From Pseudomonadota bacterium (lineage in GTDB: Bacteria; Pseudomonadota; Gammaproteobacteria; Arenicellales; Poriferihabitantaceae), in assembly GCA_039029455.1 (NCBI GenBank), contig JBCCGE010000002.1, positions 38,066 to 102,065 of the forward strand: 64,000 nt of DNA. The letters run 5' to 3'. This document shows positions 51,135-61,567 of this stretch, piece after piece; positions within the stretch are counted from its first letter, which is position 1; each line of letters begins with the position of its first letter. The notes beneath the pieces were generated by a model. That model was given only the letters and a program-made list of their open reading frames with translations, was not told the origin of the DNA and ran no database searches. Position numbers and translations under genes: made by a program.

Positions 51135-52157
51135 ATGAAAGAAAATACAAACCAACAACACTATACCCGCCGAGTTCTGATTCAGATGTTGGTGGTTTTA
51201 ATTGTTCTTGTTGCGGTGATTGTCTGGCAATGGAATACATTGCACGACATATATATTGACAATCAGGTCAACAAGATTGGGTGGGCGATCAACGGATTGA
51301 TTAGCGTTTTGTTCATTTGTGGAATGATTGAGCTGGTCAGACGCTTTATCGAGTACCACAATCAGGAAAACTCCATACGACGTTTTCTCAAGAATGTCAG
51401 GCGCAACGAAGATCCAATCAATGGATTGCGAAAAACTGACATGGTGGTTGATCGTTATCTGACGCTTCGGGATTTGAACAGTCGGCGGGCGAGTATTAAC
51501 CAGAATGCGCTCGCCGCCACTCTTCTGGCCGCCGAGGCCAGTCGCAACAGTTTTTTAAAGTTCATACACAACACGCTGATTCTTACCGGCGTATTTGGCA
51601 CCATTATTTCGTTGTCAATTTCCCTTTTGGGGGCCTCTGACATGATTCAGGGGTCATTGCAAAACGAAGGTCAGAATTCTGGCCTGGGCACGATGATTTT
51701 CGGAATGTCCACCGCCTTGTCGACAACAATGACGGCGATCATCTTTTATCTTATTTTTGGGTATTTCTATATCAAACTTACGGACACGCAAACGTATCTG
51801 ATCAGTCGCGTCGAGGAAGTTACCGCAACGACACTGCTACCGCATCTGCAGCTGGACAAGGATGTGGTGATAAAGGATTTTTCAGAATCTATCCGCAGCG
51901 CGGCTGAATTGATTGAGAGATTCGATGCGACCCAATCCGAGTACGCGCGATCAGCGGATCAGCTACAGCAGAATACCGCTCAAATGGCGGCGAATGTTGA
52001 GTTGCAGACCCGGCAGTCAGATGCTGCAACCCAACAGCAGCTGCTGGAAAAACTCGATCAGTTGCTCGAATTACATTTGCAGGCTCAGCAGTCCAATCAG
52101 AAGTCGATGGAACAGATGATTAAGCTACTGCAAAAAGGTTTTCGCCTGAAATCCTGA
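51135..52157 (+). CDS. MotA/TolQ/ExbB (ZorA-like) ion-channel family membrane protein
   Basis: Four hydrophobic segments; LTGVFGTIISL and GMSTALSTT helices; ~125-aa helical Q-rich C-terminal tail. Confidence 0.72.
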   Translation: MKENTNQQHYTRRVLIQMLVVLIVLVAVIVWQWNTLHDIYIDNQVNKIGWAINGLISVLFICGMIELVRRFIEYHNQENSIRRFLKNVRRNEDPINGLRKTDMVVDRYLTLRDLNSRRASINQNALAATLLAAEASRNSFLKFIHNTLILTGVFGTIISLSISLLGASDMIQGSLQNEGQNSGLGTMIFGMSTALSTTMTAIIFYLIFGYFYIKLTDTQTYLISRVEEVTATTLLPHLQLDKDVVIKDFSESIRSAAELIERFDATQSEYARSADQLQQNTAQMAANVELQTRQSDAATQQQLLEKLDQLLELHLQAQQSNQKSMEQMIKLLQKGFRLKS

Positions 52158-52170
52158 AGGAGTTTTCGGT

Positions 52171-53529
52171 ATGAGTGAAAACGGCTTCATTGACCTGCGT
52201 CTTGATCATGCCTCTCAGGCGGTGGGTGACGACAGTGTATGGCCGTCGTTTACTGACATAATGACGGTCATCGTGATGATTTTCATGATGACTCTTGTGG
52301 TTATTATGCTGCGGAACACCGAGTTGAATCAGGCGCTGACCACCTCTCTGAAAGCCAAGGAGGAGACATTTCAACAGAATCAGGGACTGTCATTCGAGGT
52401 GAATACTCTGAAATCTCGAGTCGACGAGCTAAGTTCGAGTTTGAATCTGACTGCGGGTGAGCGAGATGCGTTGAACCGGCAGCTGCTGTTGGAGATTCAG
52501 CGGGTGGAAGCTCTGGCATCAGACAAGCTAAACCTGTCGACGAAACTTGAAGAAGAGGTTATACGGGCCCAGCAACTGGCCAATGACAAGGTTGGCCTCG
52601 AAGGCGAAATTGTTACGGTCAGATCCGAGGCAGAAGAACTTGCTGCCGAGAAAATAGTTTTGACCGAGCTTCGGGATCAGATTAGCGTCGAGCTTAGCAG
52701 TACCCGAGAGCAAAACCAGAAACTTGCAGAGGAAGTTGAGGTCTTGCTCCAGCAACGCGAGTCACTCCAGCTGGCCCAAACCCAAAGCAAAAATCAGATC
52801 GCGTTGCTAAAGGAGAAAGAAACAACACTGACACGTCAGATGGATGCCCTGAGTCAGCAGTTTCAGGCGCTGCAGATTGAGTCAGAGGAAAATGCCGCCA
52901 CACTGAGTGACGAGAATCAGACACTGAGTGAGAAAATTCAGAATGTAACCTCGCAACTGACGCAACTTAATGTAGTGCTGCAGGAAGAACAGCAACAAAA
53001 TATCGATTTGTCCGCATTGCTTGAGGCTGAGCAGGCGCGATACGCTGGGCTTGAAAAAAACCAGCAAAACATTGCAGACCGGATCATTGCAGCGGATAAA
53101 CAGATTCTGGTGCTGAATAGACAGATTCGCGAAAAAGAGCAGGAGAATGAGGAGCTGCAGGAACAGGCCCAGTTTAGAGGTCAGCAGTTGGTTTCACTCA
53201 GGGATGAATACGATTCGCTCGAAGAAAAGTATCGCGACCTGATCAGGCCGGCCCGCAGTTCGGCCGGCAAATACGTTGTGGAGGTTTGGGTTCAGAAAAC
53301 CAATGGAGTGCTTAACTATCGAATACGGGAGCCCGGAGGCGCGGAACCCCGTACGATTAATCGGGAAAATCTGGATGCCTTGCTGTCAAGCCTGAAAGAC
53401 AGCAAGGGAAGAACGCTGTATACCAAGGTCATAATTCCGGAGAACAGTCAGCTCTCGCACAATGAAGCCTGGCGGTTTACGCAGGAAATACTGACCCGTT
53501 ATGACTACTACTACCAGCCCGTAAACTAG
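52171..53529 (+). CDS. MotB/ZorB-like single-pass protein with long coiled coil and ExbD-like C-terminal domain
   Basis: [17 protein letters not shown] with Asp29; ~310-aa proline-free heptad region; ~95-aa alpha/beta tip; RBS AAGGAG. Confidence 0.68.
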   Translation: MSENGFIDLRLDHASQAVGDDSVWPSFTDIMTVIVMIFMMTLVVIMLRNTELNQALTTSLKAKEETFQQNQGLSFEVNTLKSRVDELSSSLNLTAGERDALNRQLLLEIQRVEALASDKLNLSTKLEEEVIRAQQLANDKVGLEGEIVTVRSEAEELAAEKIVLTELRDQISVELSSTREQNQKLAEEVEVLLQQRESLQLAQTQSKNQIALLKEKETTLTRQMDALSQQFQALQIESEENAATLSDENQTLSEKIQNVTSQLTQLNVVLQEEQQQNIDLSALLEAEQARYAGLEKNQQNIADRIIAADKQILVLNRQIREKEQENEELQEQAQFRGQQLVSLRDEYDSLEEKYRDLIRPARSSAGKYVVEVWVQKTNGVLNYRIREPGGAEPRTINRENLDALLSSLKDSKGRTLYTKVIIPENSQLSHNEAWRFTQEILTRYDYYYQPVN

Positions 53530-53546
53530 TACCGCAGTCTGAAGCA

Positions 53547-55427
53547 ATGAAATACCCTGAAAGTTTTGATGTCATTGTCATCGGCGGAGGTCACGCCGGA
53601 GTCGAAGCTGCGCTGGCGTCTGCGAGAACGGGTGTGAAAACACTTTTGGTGACCCATAATATTGAAACTGTGGGTCAGATGTCCTGCAATCCGGCGATAG
53701 GTGGCATTGGCAAAGGACATATCGTCAAGGAAATAGACGCACTGGGTGGGATAATGGCCCGTGCGATTGATAAGTCCGGGATTCACTTCAGAATTCTCAA
53801 CTCACGTAAAGGCCCGGCCGTGCAGGCCACGCGTGCACAGGCAGATCGTGCTCTGTACAAAATGGCCATTCGAAATGCGGTAGAGCATCAGTCCAACCTG
53901 AGTCTGTTTCAACAGGGTGTCGATGACCTTATTGTTCGTAACGAGCGTGTTTCAGGCGTCGTCACCCAGCTGGGCGTTCAGTTTGAAGCGAACGCTGTTG
54001 TACTAACCACTGGAACATTCCTGAACGGCAAACTGCATGTCGGAATGGACAACTCCCGCGGTGGAAGAGCAGGAGATCCACCTTCGATTGCGTTAGCCGA
54101 ACGCCTGAGGGAGTTGCCGCTAAATGTCGATAGACTGAAAACCGGCACTCCGCCGCGATTAGATGGCAAAACAATCGATTACTCCGAACTGGAGTCTCAG
54201 CCTGGCGACTCCCCGGTTCCGGTCTTTTCCTTCATTGGTTCAGATTGTGAGCATCCGCGACAGATCGACTGTCATATCACGCATACCAATGAGCGCACCC
54301 ATGACGTTATCGCCAAGGCTCTGGACCGATCGCCCTTGTACGCAGGTGTCATCGAGGGCGTCGGTCCTCGTTACTGCCCTTCGATTGAGGACAAGATCGT
54401 TCGTTTTGCGGAGAAAAGCAGTCACCAGATATTTATTGAACCGGAAGGTCTGAACACTACTGAAATTTACCCGAACGGTATTTCGACCAGTTTGCCTTTT
54501 GATGTTCAGATTGATCTCGTGAGGAGTATCAAGGGGTTTGAGCATGCGCTTGTCACCCGTCCTGGTTACGCCATTGAATATGATTTTTTTGATCCACGCG
54601 GATTGAAGGCAAGTCTGGAAACGAAGTGCATCCAGGGATTGTTTTTTGCGGGTCAGATAAACGGTACTACGGGATATGAGGAAGCCGCGGGCCAGGGTTT
54701 GATTGCCGGATTGAATGCAGCCCGTCAGGTGAAACAACTCGAACCATGGTGTCCTGCCAGAAACGAGGCTTATATCGGCGTCATGATTGATGATCTGATA
54801 AGTCGAGGCACAACGGAGCCGTACCGGATGTTTACCTCCAGAGCAGAGTATCGACTGCAGTTGCGCGAAGATAATGCCGACCTGCGGCTCACTGAAACAG
54901 GACGTTCACTGGCGCTTGTTGATGACACGCGATTTGCGGCGTTCGAGAACAAGAAAGAGGCCATTGATCGGGAAAAAGCGCGTCTGAAACAGACCTGGAT
55001 TCGTCCGGACGCCGATACCAGCGATCGCGTAGAGTCGATCCTTGGTCAGCCATTGCAAAGAGAGACCAATTTGCTGGATCTGTTAAGACGTCCCGAAATT
55101 TCCTATCAGGATCTGGTGCGTCTCGGTCCATTGGACTCCGCACTAACAGACTTGCAGGCAATCAGACAGCTGGAGATTCAGGCGCGCTACAGCGGATATA
55201 TCGAGCGTCAGGTTGCTGAAATCGAGCGCTTAAAGAAGCACGAAGATACGCTCCTGCCTGACAATCTCAATTACGACAGAGTGCGGGGGTTATCGACTGA
55301 AGTTCGTCAGAAACTCAGCGAAACAAGACCGCAGTCGGTCGGGCAGGCTTCACGCATCCCGGGAGTCACCCCTGCCGCGATTTCATTACTGCTGGTCCAC
55401 CTGAAGAAGCAGCAACAAGCCGCCTGA
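53547..55427 (+). CDS. mnmG: tRNA uridine-5-carboxymethylaminomethyl modification enzyme
   Basis: [50 protein letters not shown]. Confidence 0.97.
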   Translation: MKYPESFDVIVIGGGHAGVEAALASARTGVKTLLVTHNIETVGQMSCNPAIGGIGKGHIVKEIDALGGIMARAIDKSGIHFRILNSRKGPAVQATRAQADRALYKMAIRNAVEHQSNLSLFQQGVDDLIVRNERVSGVVTQLGVQFEANAVVLTTGTFLNGKLHVGMDNSRGGRAGDPPSIALAERLRELPLNVDRLKTGTPPRLDGKTIDYSELESQPGDSPVPVFSFIGSDCEHPRQIDCHITHTNERTHDVIAKALDRSPLYAGVIEGVGPRYCPSIEDKIVRFAEKSSHQIFIEPEGLNTTEIYPNGISTSLPFDVQIDLVRSIKGFEHALVTRPGYAIEYDFFDPRGLKASLETKCIQGLFFAGQINGTTGYEEAAGQGLIAGLNAARQVKQLEPWCPARNEAYIGVMIDDLISRGTTEPYRMFTSRAEYRLQLREDNADLRLTETGRSLALVDDTRFAAFENKKEAIDREKARLKQTWIRPDADTSDRVESILGQPLQRETNLLDLLRRPEISYQDLVRLGPLDSALTDLQAIRQLEIQARYSGYIERQVAEIERLKKHEDTLLPDNLNYDRVRGLSTEVRQKLSETRPQSVGQASRIPGVTPAAISLLLVHLKKQQQAA

Positions 55428-55436
55428 ACGCTCGGG

Positions 55437-56789
55437 TCACCGCAGGGTGACAAGCTCTTCAGCCGCGGTCGGGTGAATCGCTACGGTGCGGTCGAAATCA
55501 GCCTTGGTAGCCCCCATTTTTATGGCGACTGCAAAGCCCTGAAGCATTTCGTCAGCGGCGTCCCCGATTAGATGACAGCCGACAATTTCTTCACGGTCAC
55601 CCTGAGTGATCAGCTTTACCGTTGTCGGCAGTTTTTCCTCGCTGACCGCATACAGCATATTGATAAACCGGCTGGTATAAATTTTCAGGTTGTCGCGACC
55701 AAACTTTTCGACGGCCTCACCCTCAGTCATTCCAACTGTGCCTATTGGAGGATGACTGAATATTACGGTCGGAATGTTCTCGTAATCCATTTTTGAGGTT
55801 TGATCACCAAGAAACAGGCGTGTTGCGAGTTTGCGGCCCGCAGCGATTGCCACTGGGGTAAGTGGCGCGCTGGTGGTAGCATCGCCGAGTGCGTAGATAC
55901 CTTTCGCTGACGTATTTTGAGCGTCATCGACACTGATAAAGCCGCGAGAGTCTGTATTGACCCCAGCCTTTTCGAGATCGAGAGACCGGGTATTTGGATG
56001 TCGTCCAATTGCCCATAAAACACAGTCGTACGAACCCTCTTGCGGACCATCCATCGTTGCGTACGAAATTGTGCCGTCGTCGTTCCTGGTTAACTCAAGC
56101 GGCTGACTTTGGGTCTTGATGTCTACTCCGGCTTGTTGCATCTGCTCCATCAGAACATTGGATAGTGTTTGGTCAAAACTTCGCAAAACCTTGTCTTTAC
56201 GAAGAGCAAGGGTCACTTTACTGCCAAGCCCGTGCAACAGACCGGCAACTTCGACAGCAATGTATCCGGCGCCCACGATCAGGGGTTTTTCAGGCTGCTG
56301 ATTGAGTTCGAAAAAACCGTCGCTATCGATTCCAAGTTCTGCCCCGGGGACGTTTGGAACGGTAGGACGTCCGCCGGTCGCAACCAGGATGTGAGGTGCG
56401 GTTAATTTCTGACCGTTCACTGAAACGGTATTATCGTTTTCAAATTTTGCCAGGCCACGGATAAGACTGACGCCCGAGTTTTCGAGGTTTCTCTCGTAGA
56501 TGCCGTTCAGTCGGGAAACATAGGCATCCCGAGCGCCTTTAAGGCTCGGCCAGTTAAAACCTTTGACACTGATATCAAACCCATAACTCGGCGCAAGACT
56601 AAGCGTTTCAGCGACCTGGGACGCATTCCACATCACCTTTTTTGGGACGCAACCGACATTAACGCAGGTTCCACCCAGGGCACCGCTCTCGATAACTGCG
56701 ACATTGGCCCCATATTCAGCTGCACGGCGGGCGGAAGCTATACCACCGCTACCTCCGCCGATAACGATAAAATCGTACTGATCTGTCAT
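55437..56789 (-). CDS. gor: Glutathione-disulfide reductase
   Basis: [37 protein letters not shown]. Confidence 0.95.
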   Translation of the reverse strand: MTDQYDFIVIGGGSGGIASARRAAEYGANVAVIESGALGGTCVNVGCVPKKVMWNASQVAETLSLAPSYGFDISVKGFNWPSLKGARDAYVSRLNGIYERNLENSGVSLIRGLAKFENDNTVSVNGQKLTAPHILVATGGRPTVPNVPGAELGIDSDGFFELNQQPEKPLIVGAGYIAVEVAGLLHGLGSKVTLALRKDKVLRSFDQTLSNVLMEQMQQAGVDIKTQSQPLELTRNDDGTISYATMDGPQEGSYDCVLWAIGRHPNTRSLDLEKAGVNTDSRGFISVDDAQNTSAKGIYALGDATTSAPLTPVAIAAGRKLATRLFLGDQTSKMDYENIPTVIFSHPPIGTVGMTEGEAVEKFGRDNLKIYTSRFINMLYAVSEEKLPTTVKLITQGDREEIVGCHLIGDAADEMLQGFAVAIKMGATKADFDRTVAIHPTAAEELVTLR

Positions 56790-56821
56790 TTTTAAACCTT
56801 ATTGAACGGGTTAATTAGTTT

Positions 56822-58909
56822 ATGTCGCAAGAAAATCCACTTTTGGCCGTCGCCAATTCAAAAAATGAGTTTCCCCGATTTGATCTTATCGTGCCTGAGC
56901 ACGTTGAACCGGCACTCGACACGATATTGAGTCAAAATCGTGATCGGATCCAGCAGCTTATCCGTGATATTAGTGATCCCGACTGGGAGAACTTCATGGC
57001 GCCACTGGAAGACCTGGACGATCGTCTGGAAAAGATGTGGTCACCCGTGTCACATCTCAATAGCGTAGACGACAACGATTTATTGCGACAAGCCTACGAG
57101 GCATGTCTGCCAAAACTTTCGGAATATTCTTCCGAAATGGGACAAAACAAGGATTTGTTTGACAAAGTCAGCCAGTTGCGAAATTCAGGGACTTTTGATG
57201 AGCTCAATCAGGCGCAAAAAAAATCTATCGAGAACGATCTTAGAGCGTTCAGGTTGTCCGGAATCGATCTTTCAAAGAAGGATCAGGATCGATATCGCGA
57301 AATTTCGCGAAGGCTGTCGGAGCTGTCAAACCGATTCTCCCAAAACGTGCTCGATTCAACGGATGCCTGGCATCTCGACATTAGCGAACAATCGCAGCTT
57401 GAAGGAATTCCGGAAACCGCGATATCACTCGCCAAATCGGTTGCTGAGCGGGCACAGCAGGATGGTTGGAGGTTCACGCTGCAGGCACCTTCATATATCC
57501 CGTTTATGACATTTTGCGCCGATCGGGCTCTGCGTGAGGAAATGTATTGCGCCTACGTGACCCGGGCGAGTGAAGAGGGACCTAATGCCGGTAGCTTCGA
57601 CAATGGTCCCCTGATTGTCGAGATACTCCAGTTGCGCCGGGAAATATCGCAGATTCTCGGATTTGAAAATTTTGCCGCGTACTCTCTGGAAACAAAGATG
57701 GCGGATACACCTGAGCAGGTCGAGTCGTTTCTTCGTGATCTTGCAGCCAGGTCTCGACCTGCCGCTGAGAACGAATGGCGGCAATTGAACGAATTTGCTC
57801 AGCAGGAATGTGGCATTGACGAACTGAAAGCGTGGGATTTGGCCTGGGTCAGCGAAAAGCTGCAACAAAAACTATTCGACTTTTCTCCAGAGGAACTGCG
57901 TGCGTATTTTCCGCTTCCCCGTGTGTTGAGTGGAATGTTTGAAACCGTTTCCCGTTTGTTCTCTATTCGCATTGATGAAATCAAGCCCACCGAAGCCGAA
58001 CGGCCGGCAGTCTGGGATGACTCGGTTTCAATTTTTCGAATCTCCGATCCGGACGGTCAAATCAGAGGCTATTTTTATACCGACCTGTTCGCGCGCAGCA
58101 CAAAACGCGGTGGGGCGTGGATGGCTGACTGCGCCAGTCGTCGAAAGTCATCCAACGGTACTCAATTACCGGTGGCATTTTTAACATGTAATTTTACCTC
58201 TCCGGTAGACGACAAACCGGCACTACTGACCCACGATGAAGTGATGACCCTGTTCCATGAATTTGGACACAGTCTGCATCACATGCTGACAAAGATTGAT
58301 GTCTCCGGCGTGTCCGGCATTAATGGTGTGCCTTGGGATGCGGTTGAACTGCCGAGTCAGTTTCTGGAAAACTGGTGTTGGGAGAGGGGTACTCTGGACC
58401 TGATATCCGGTCATGTCGAAACCGGTGAGACATTGCCCGATCATTTGCTTGAAAGAATGCGGGCCGGAAAGAATTTTCAATCTGCGATGCAGATGATACG
58501 ACAAGTGGAATTCAGTCTTTTTGACTTGCTGCTGCATTCGCAGGATGCAGAAGAAGGCTTCGACAGCGTGCAGTCTTTGCTTGATAGCGTTCGCCGTCAG
58601 ATTGCGGTTTCGATTCCACCCGCCTTTAACCGGTTTCAAAACAGTTTCGGGCATATATTTGCAGGCGGCTACGCTGCGGGTTACTATAGCTATAAATGGG
58701 CCGAAGTACTGTCTGCGGATGCCTTCAGTCTGTTTGAAGAACGCGGGGTGTTCGATGAAAAAACGGGACACTCGTTTCTGACGAATATTCTCGAAGCTGG
58801 GGGGGCTGAAGAACCGATGACATTATTCAAGGCTTTTCGCGGTCGCGAACCCACAGTGGACGCACTGTTGCGACACTCTGGGCTCGATACGGCCAGTAGT
58901 TCATCATGA
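56822..58909 (+). CDS. prlC: Oligopeptidase A (M3)
   Basis: KRGGAWM, FHEFGH, WDAVELPSQ, HIFAGGYAAGYYSYKWAE. Confidence 0.94.
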   Translation: MSQENPLLAVANSKNEFPRFDLIVPEHVEPALDTILSQNRDRIQQLIRDISDPDWENFMAPLEDLDDRLEKMWSPVSHLNSVDDNDLLRQAYEACLPKLSEYSSEMGQNKDLFDKVSQLRNSGTFDELNQAQKKSIENDLRAFRLSGIDLSKKDQDRYREISRRLSELSNRFSQNVLDSTDAWHLDISEQSQLEGIPETAISLAKSVAERAQQDGWRFTLQAPSYIPFMTFCADRALREEMYCAYVTRASEEGPNAGSFDNGPLIVEILQLRREISQILGFENFAAYSLETKMADTPEQVESFLRDLAARSRPAAENEWRQLNEFAQQECGIDELKAWDLAWVSEKLQQKLFDFSPEELRAYFPLPRVLSGMFETVSRLFSIRIDEIKPTEAERPAVWDDSVSIFRISDPDGQIRGYFYTDLFARSTKRGGAWMADCASRRKSSNGTQLPVAFLTCNFTSPVDDKPALLTHDEVMTLFHEFGHSLHHMLTKIDVSGVSGINGVPWDAVELPSQFLENWCWERGTLDLISGHVETGETLPDHLLERMRAGKNFQSAMQMIRQVEFSLFDLLLHSQDAEEGFDSVQSLLDSVRRQIAVSIPPAFNRFQNSFGHIFAGGYAAGYYSYKWAEVLSADAFSLFEERGVFDEKTGHSFLTNILEAGGAEEPMTLFKAFRGREPTVDALLRHSGLDTASSSS

Positions 58910-59466
58910 AATATTTTCTGTATTTCAGTTCAGCTTTGTTTGTGCTGACGTGCTCTCTGCCTGCTTTGTCGGCGAATCTCTACAAATGGGTTGATGAAGA
59001 GGGAAACGTGACTTACCAGGACACACCGCCACCTGGAAATGTAGAGTTCGAGGCGCAAGAGTACACCGTGCCCGGAGAAGCCGAGACAGAGGTCGCCCCT
59101 GATAACGCGTTGGCAATGGAAGATGCGGCGCGCGAAAATCCGGTTTCTCTGTACACCGTGCCGGCCTGTGATGTCTGCGATCTTGTTCGACTTTTTCTGG
59201 AAAATCGAAGGATTCCGTTTGTTGAGAAAAACGTCCAGTCCAGTATTCCTCTGCAACAGGAGCTGCAGGTGAAAACAGGCGATCTCAGCGTGCCGACATT
59301 GATTGTTGGAGAGAGTTCTATCGATGGGTACAGTAAGACAGCCATAACTTCATTGCTGGAATCGAAAGGTTTTCCGCTGTCTGAATCGGATTCAGGGTCT
59401 GAATCCGAGTCGAATGATCGGACAGACACTGAATTGCCGGATGTCGGACTCGAAGAGAGCAGCTAG
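58906..59466 (+). CDS. Exported DUF4124 + glutaredoxin-like protein
   Basis: Signal peptide; LYKWVDEEGNVTYQDTPP; CDVC, VPTLIVG, GYS. Confidence 0.8.
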   Translation: MKYFLYFSSALFVLTCSLPALSANLYKWVDEEGNVTYQDTPPPGNVEFEAQEYTVPGEAETEVAPDNALAMEDAARENPVSLYTVPACDVCDLVRLFLENRRIPFVEKNVQSSIPLQQELQVKTGDLSVPTLIVGESSIDGYSKTAITSLLESKGFPLSESDSGSESESNDRTDTELPDVGLEESS

Positions 59467-59568
59467 CTCGAATCCCAAATCACGTTTCGAATTTCGTACA
59501 CCATTACAAAAACACGCGCGGTTACCCCAGATCGCAATCGACCAACCCAGATTCCCATGGGGTAAAAA

Positions 59569-60066
59569 ATGAAAATTCTGAATCCGAATATCAGATTCGC
59601 TCTGATGGTCCTGTTTTGCTCTGCATTTCTGATTGCATGTTCCGATAAAAGCGAGATTACCAGCGGCGGCGGAAATTCGTCTGTGAGTAGTGACGGAGGG
59701 GCCGGGTCTGCCGCCTTTGCCGGCACCTACACCGGCACTGTGACTGTTAATCTGTCCGGTGGCTCGATCTCTGATACGACCAAAACCCGCGAATTTACAA
59801 TGGTGATTCGAACCAATGGTACGGCATCGCTGACCATTGGCGGCGACACCATAGAGGGCAATGTTGATGGCAATCGATTTGGGTTTTCTATTGGTATTGT
59901 TGAAGAGGAAGACCTGGCGGAATGCAGGGGAACTGCGACTCTGGTTGGAACGATAAGCGGTAATAGCGCCAGTGGAGATATCAGCGGTCGCGGCGAGTGT
60001 GAGCTGCTGACTGCGAAAACCGGGGTCGATATCGATGGTAGCCTGACCGGAACCAAATCCGGTTAA
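59569..60066 (+). CDS. Hypothetical lipoprotein
   Basis: Lipobox LIA-C, G/S linker, beta-strand-rich domain with two further Cys. Confidence 0.7.
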   Translation: MKILNPNIRFALMVLFCSAFLIACSDKSEITSGGGNSSVSSDGGAGSAAFAGTYTGTVTVNLSGGSISDTTKTREFTMVIRTNGTASLTIGGDTIEGNVDGNRFGFSIGIVEEEDLAECRGTATLVGTISGNSASGDISGRGECELLTAKTGVDIDGSLTGTKSG

Positions 60067-60200
60067 ATCGCGATTTGCGGGTTCAAACCGGGCGTTTAAA
60101 GCTGATATAGTCTCCTCAGATAACACCGGTACAGTACGATTTTGAACCGATAGCGGTAACCACGCCGAACTGGTCGGCAGCAACGAGAGGTCAAATAATC

Positions 60201-60815
60201 ATGAAAAGTATTCTGGTTGTAAACGCAAAAGGTGGCTGCGGCAAAACCACTCTGGCGACCAATCTGGCGAGCTACTATGCGCTGTGGCAGGTTCCGGTGG
60301 CGCTCCTGGACTGTGATCCTCAGCAAAGCAGCATTGATTGGCTGGCTCAACGCCATCAGGGATTGAACCCTATTGTCGGCATTGATGGCAGTCACGGGAA
60401 AACAACTGCCCCGGATGACATCGAACGCATGGTGATCGATGCTCCGGCTCGCATCTCGCCTGCACAGTTGAAAAAACTTTTCGATGTCGCAGATGAAGTT
60501 TTATTGCCGGTTCTGCCATCCCCCATCGATATCAGAGCAGTCGGCCACTTCGTCGGGGAACTGATGATGGGAGATCTGTTGAAAAAGGCGCGGGTTGGAA
60601 TTGTTGCTAACCGGGTCCGGGAAAACACGCGGATTTTTCAGAATCTTGAAGCATTTCTAAAAACGCTCAAGCTCCCGGTGGTGACTCATCTGCGCGACAC
60701 CCAAAACTATATCAAGGCAGCGGAAGGTGGATTCGGGGTGTTTGAAATGGCGCCCTATCAAGTAGACAAAGACATGGATCAATGGCGACCGCTCATAAAA
60801 TGGGTTGAATCATAG
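60201..60815 (+). CDS. Short ParA-family ATPase
   Basis: NAKGGCGKTT deviant Walker A, DCDPQ, VIDAP, PVLPSPID; RBS GAGG. Confidence 0.88.
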   Translation: MKSILVVNAKGGCGKTTLATNLASYYALWQVPVALLDCDPQQSSIDWLAQRHQGLNPIVGIDGSHGKTTAPDDIERMVIDAPARISPAQLKKLFDVADEVLLPVLPSPIDIRAVGHFVGELMMGDLLKKARVGIVANRVRENTRIFQNLEAFLKTLKLPVVTHLRDTQNYIKAAEGGFGVFEMAPYQVDKDMDQWRPLIKWVES

Positions 60816-60919
60816 TCGATCCGCAATTACGCAGATCGCCAGATATTGTGAGTGCGTGACGGCGCCCGGGCGGGAGCTTCACTCGGCAACGGCAATTGAC
60901 GATTCCGGTCTGTACGAGT

Positions 60920-61399
60920 CTAGTCGTTTACCGGTCTGACAATTAGTTTGTAGGCGTTGGCACTGTCACTTGTCGGTGAACTGAATACGAGCTTGAGTTG
61001 ACCGCCCGCATGAACAATGAATGCACCCGACTGCAGGCAGCCCCGAACGCCTGATCTCACCGGGCTCGGATAGTGCTCGTTGAGCCTCACCCACCGAAAA
61101 CAGTGACTGTCAAAAATCAGCAGATCGAGGTCCACGGGTTCGGTCCGACTGCTAAACAGTTGATACTCCCATCGGCCTGCAGGAAAATCCTGGTCAAACA
61201 CGTGGCGGGCACCGGCCTCCAGAATCGCTTCAAACGAGAGTTGATCGCCCGCTTGGTTGGCGTTTTCGGAATCAGCAGCGCTCTTTCGGTCCGGAGATTG
61301 TGACACACCCTCGCTATGGTGAGTCGGATTGAGGCCATCAGATTCCCGCATGAGGCGAAGCTGGCGTTTTCCTCGGACTGACTTCTCAAAAGCGGGCAT
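60920..61399 (-). CDS. Hypothetical protein
   Basis: 159-aa ORF filling the gap between parA and kbp; no motif recognised. Confidence 0.4.
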   Translation of the reverse strand: MPAFEKSVRGKRQLRLMRESDGLNPTHHSEGVSQSPDRKSAADSENANQAGDQLSFEAILEAGARHVFDQDFPAGRWEYQLFSSRTEPVDLDLLIFDSHCFRWVRLNEHYPSPVRSGVRGCLQSGAFIVHAGGQLKLVFSSPTSDSANAYKLIVRPVND

Positions 61400-61567
61400 A
61401 CATTAAACAGAGTAGAACCGGTTGGTTGAACTTTGTCACAGCGAAGGCATTCGTGCAATTGTTTTATCTCCAAGACCCGTACAGAAACACTCATGACACA
61501 GCGCTTTGGCAGTGGTACATTCACGTCAATACCAACAACATTATTTATTCCAAACGAGGAAATTATT

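Noticed and set aside
51135-53529. Calling the pair a bona fide Zorya defence system or flagellar stator
   Set aside because: No zorC/D/E or flagellar genes are adjacent, the A subunit tail is short and the B subunit lacks a recognisable OmpA domain; kept as an uncharacterised motor-like pair.
59392-60183. 263-aa minus-strand ORF
   Set aside because: Antisense shadow of the lipoprotein gene; no motifs.
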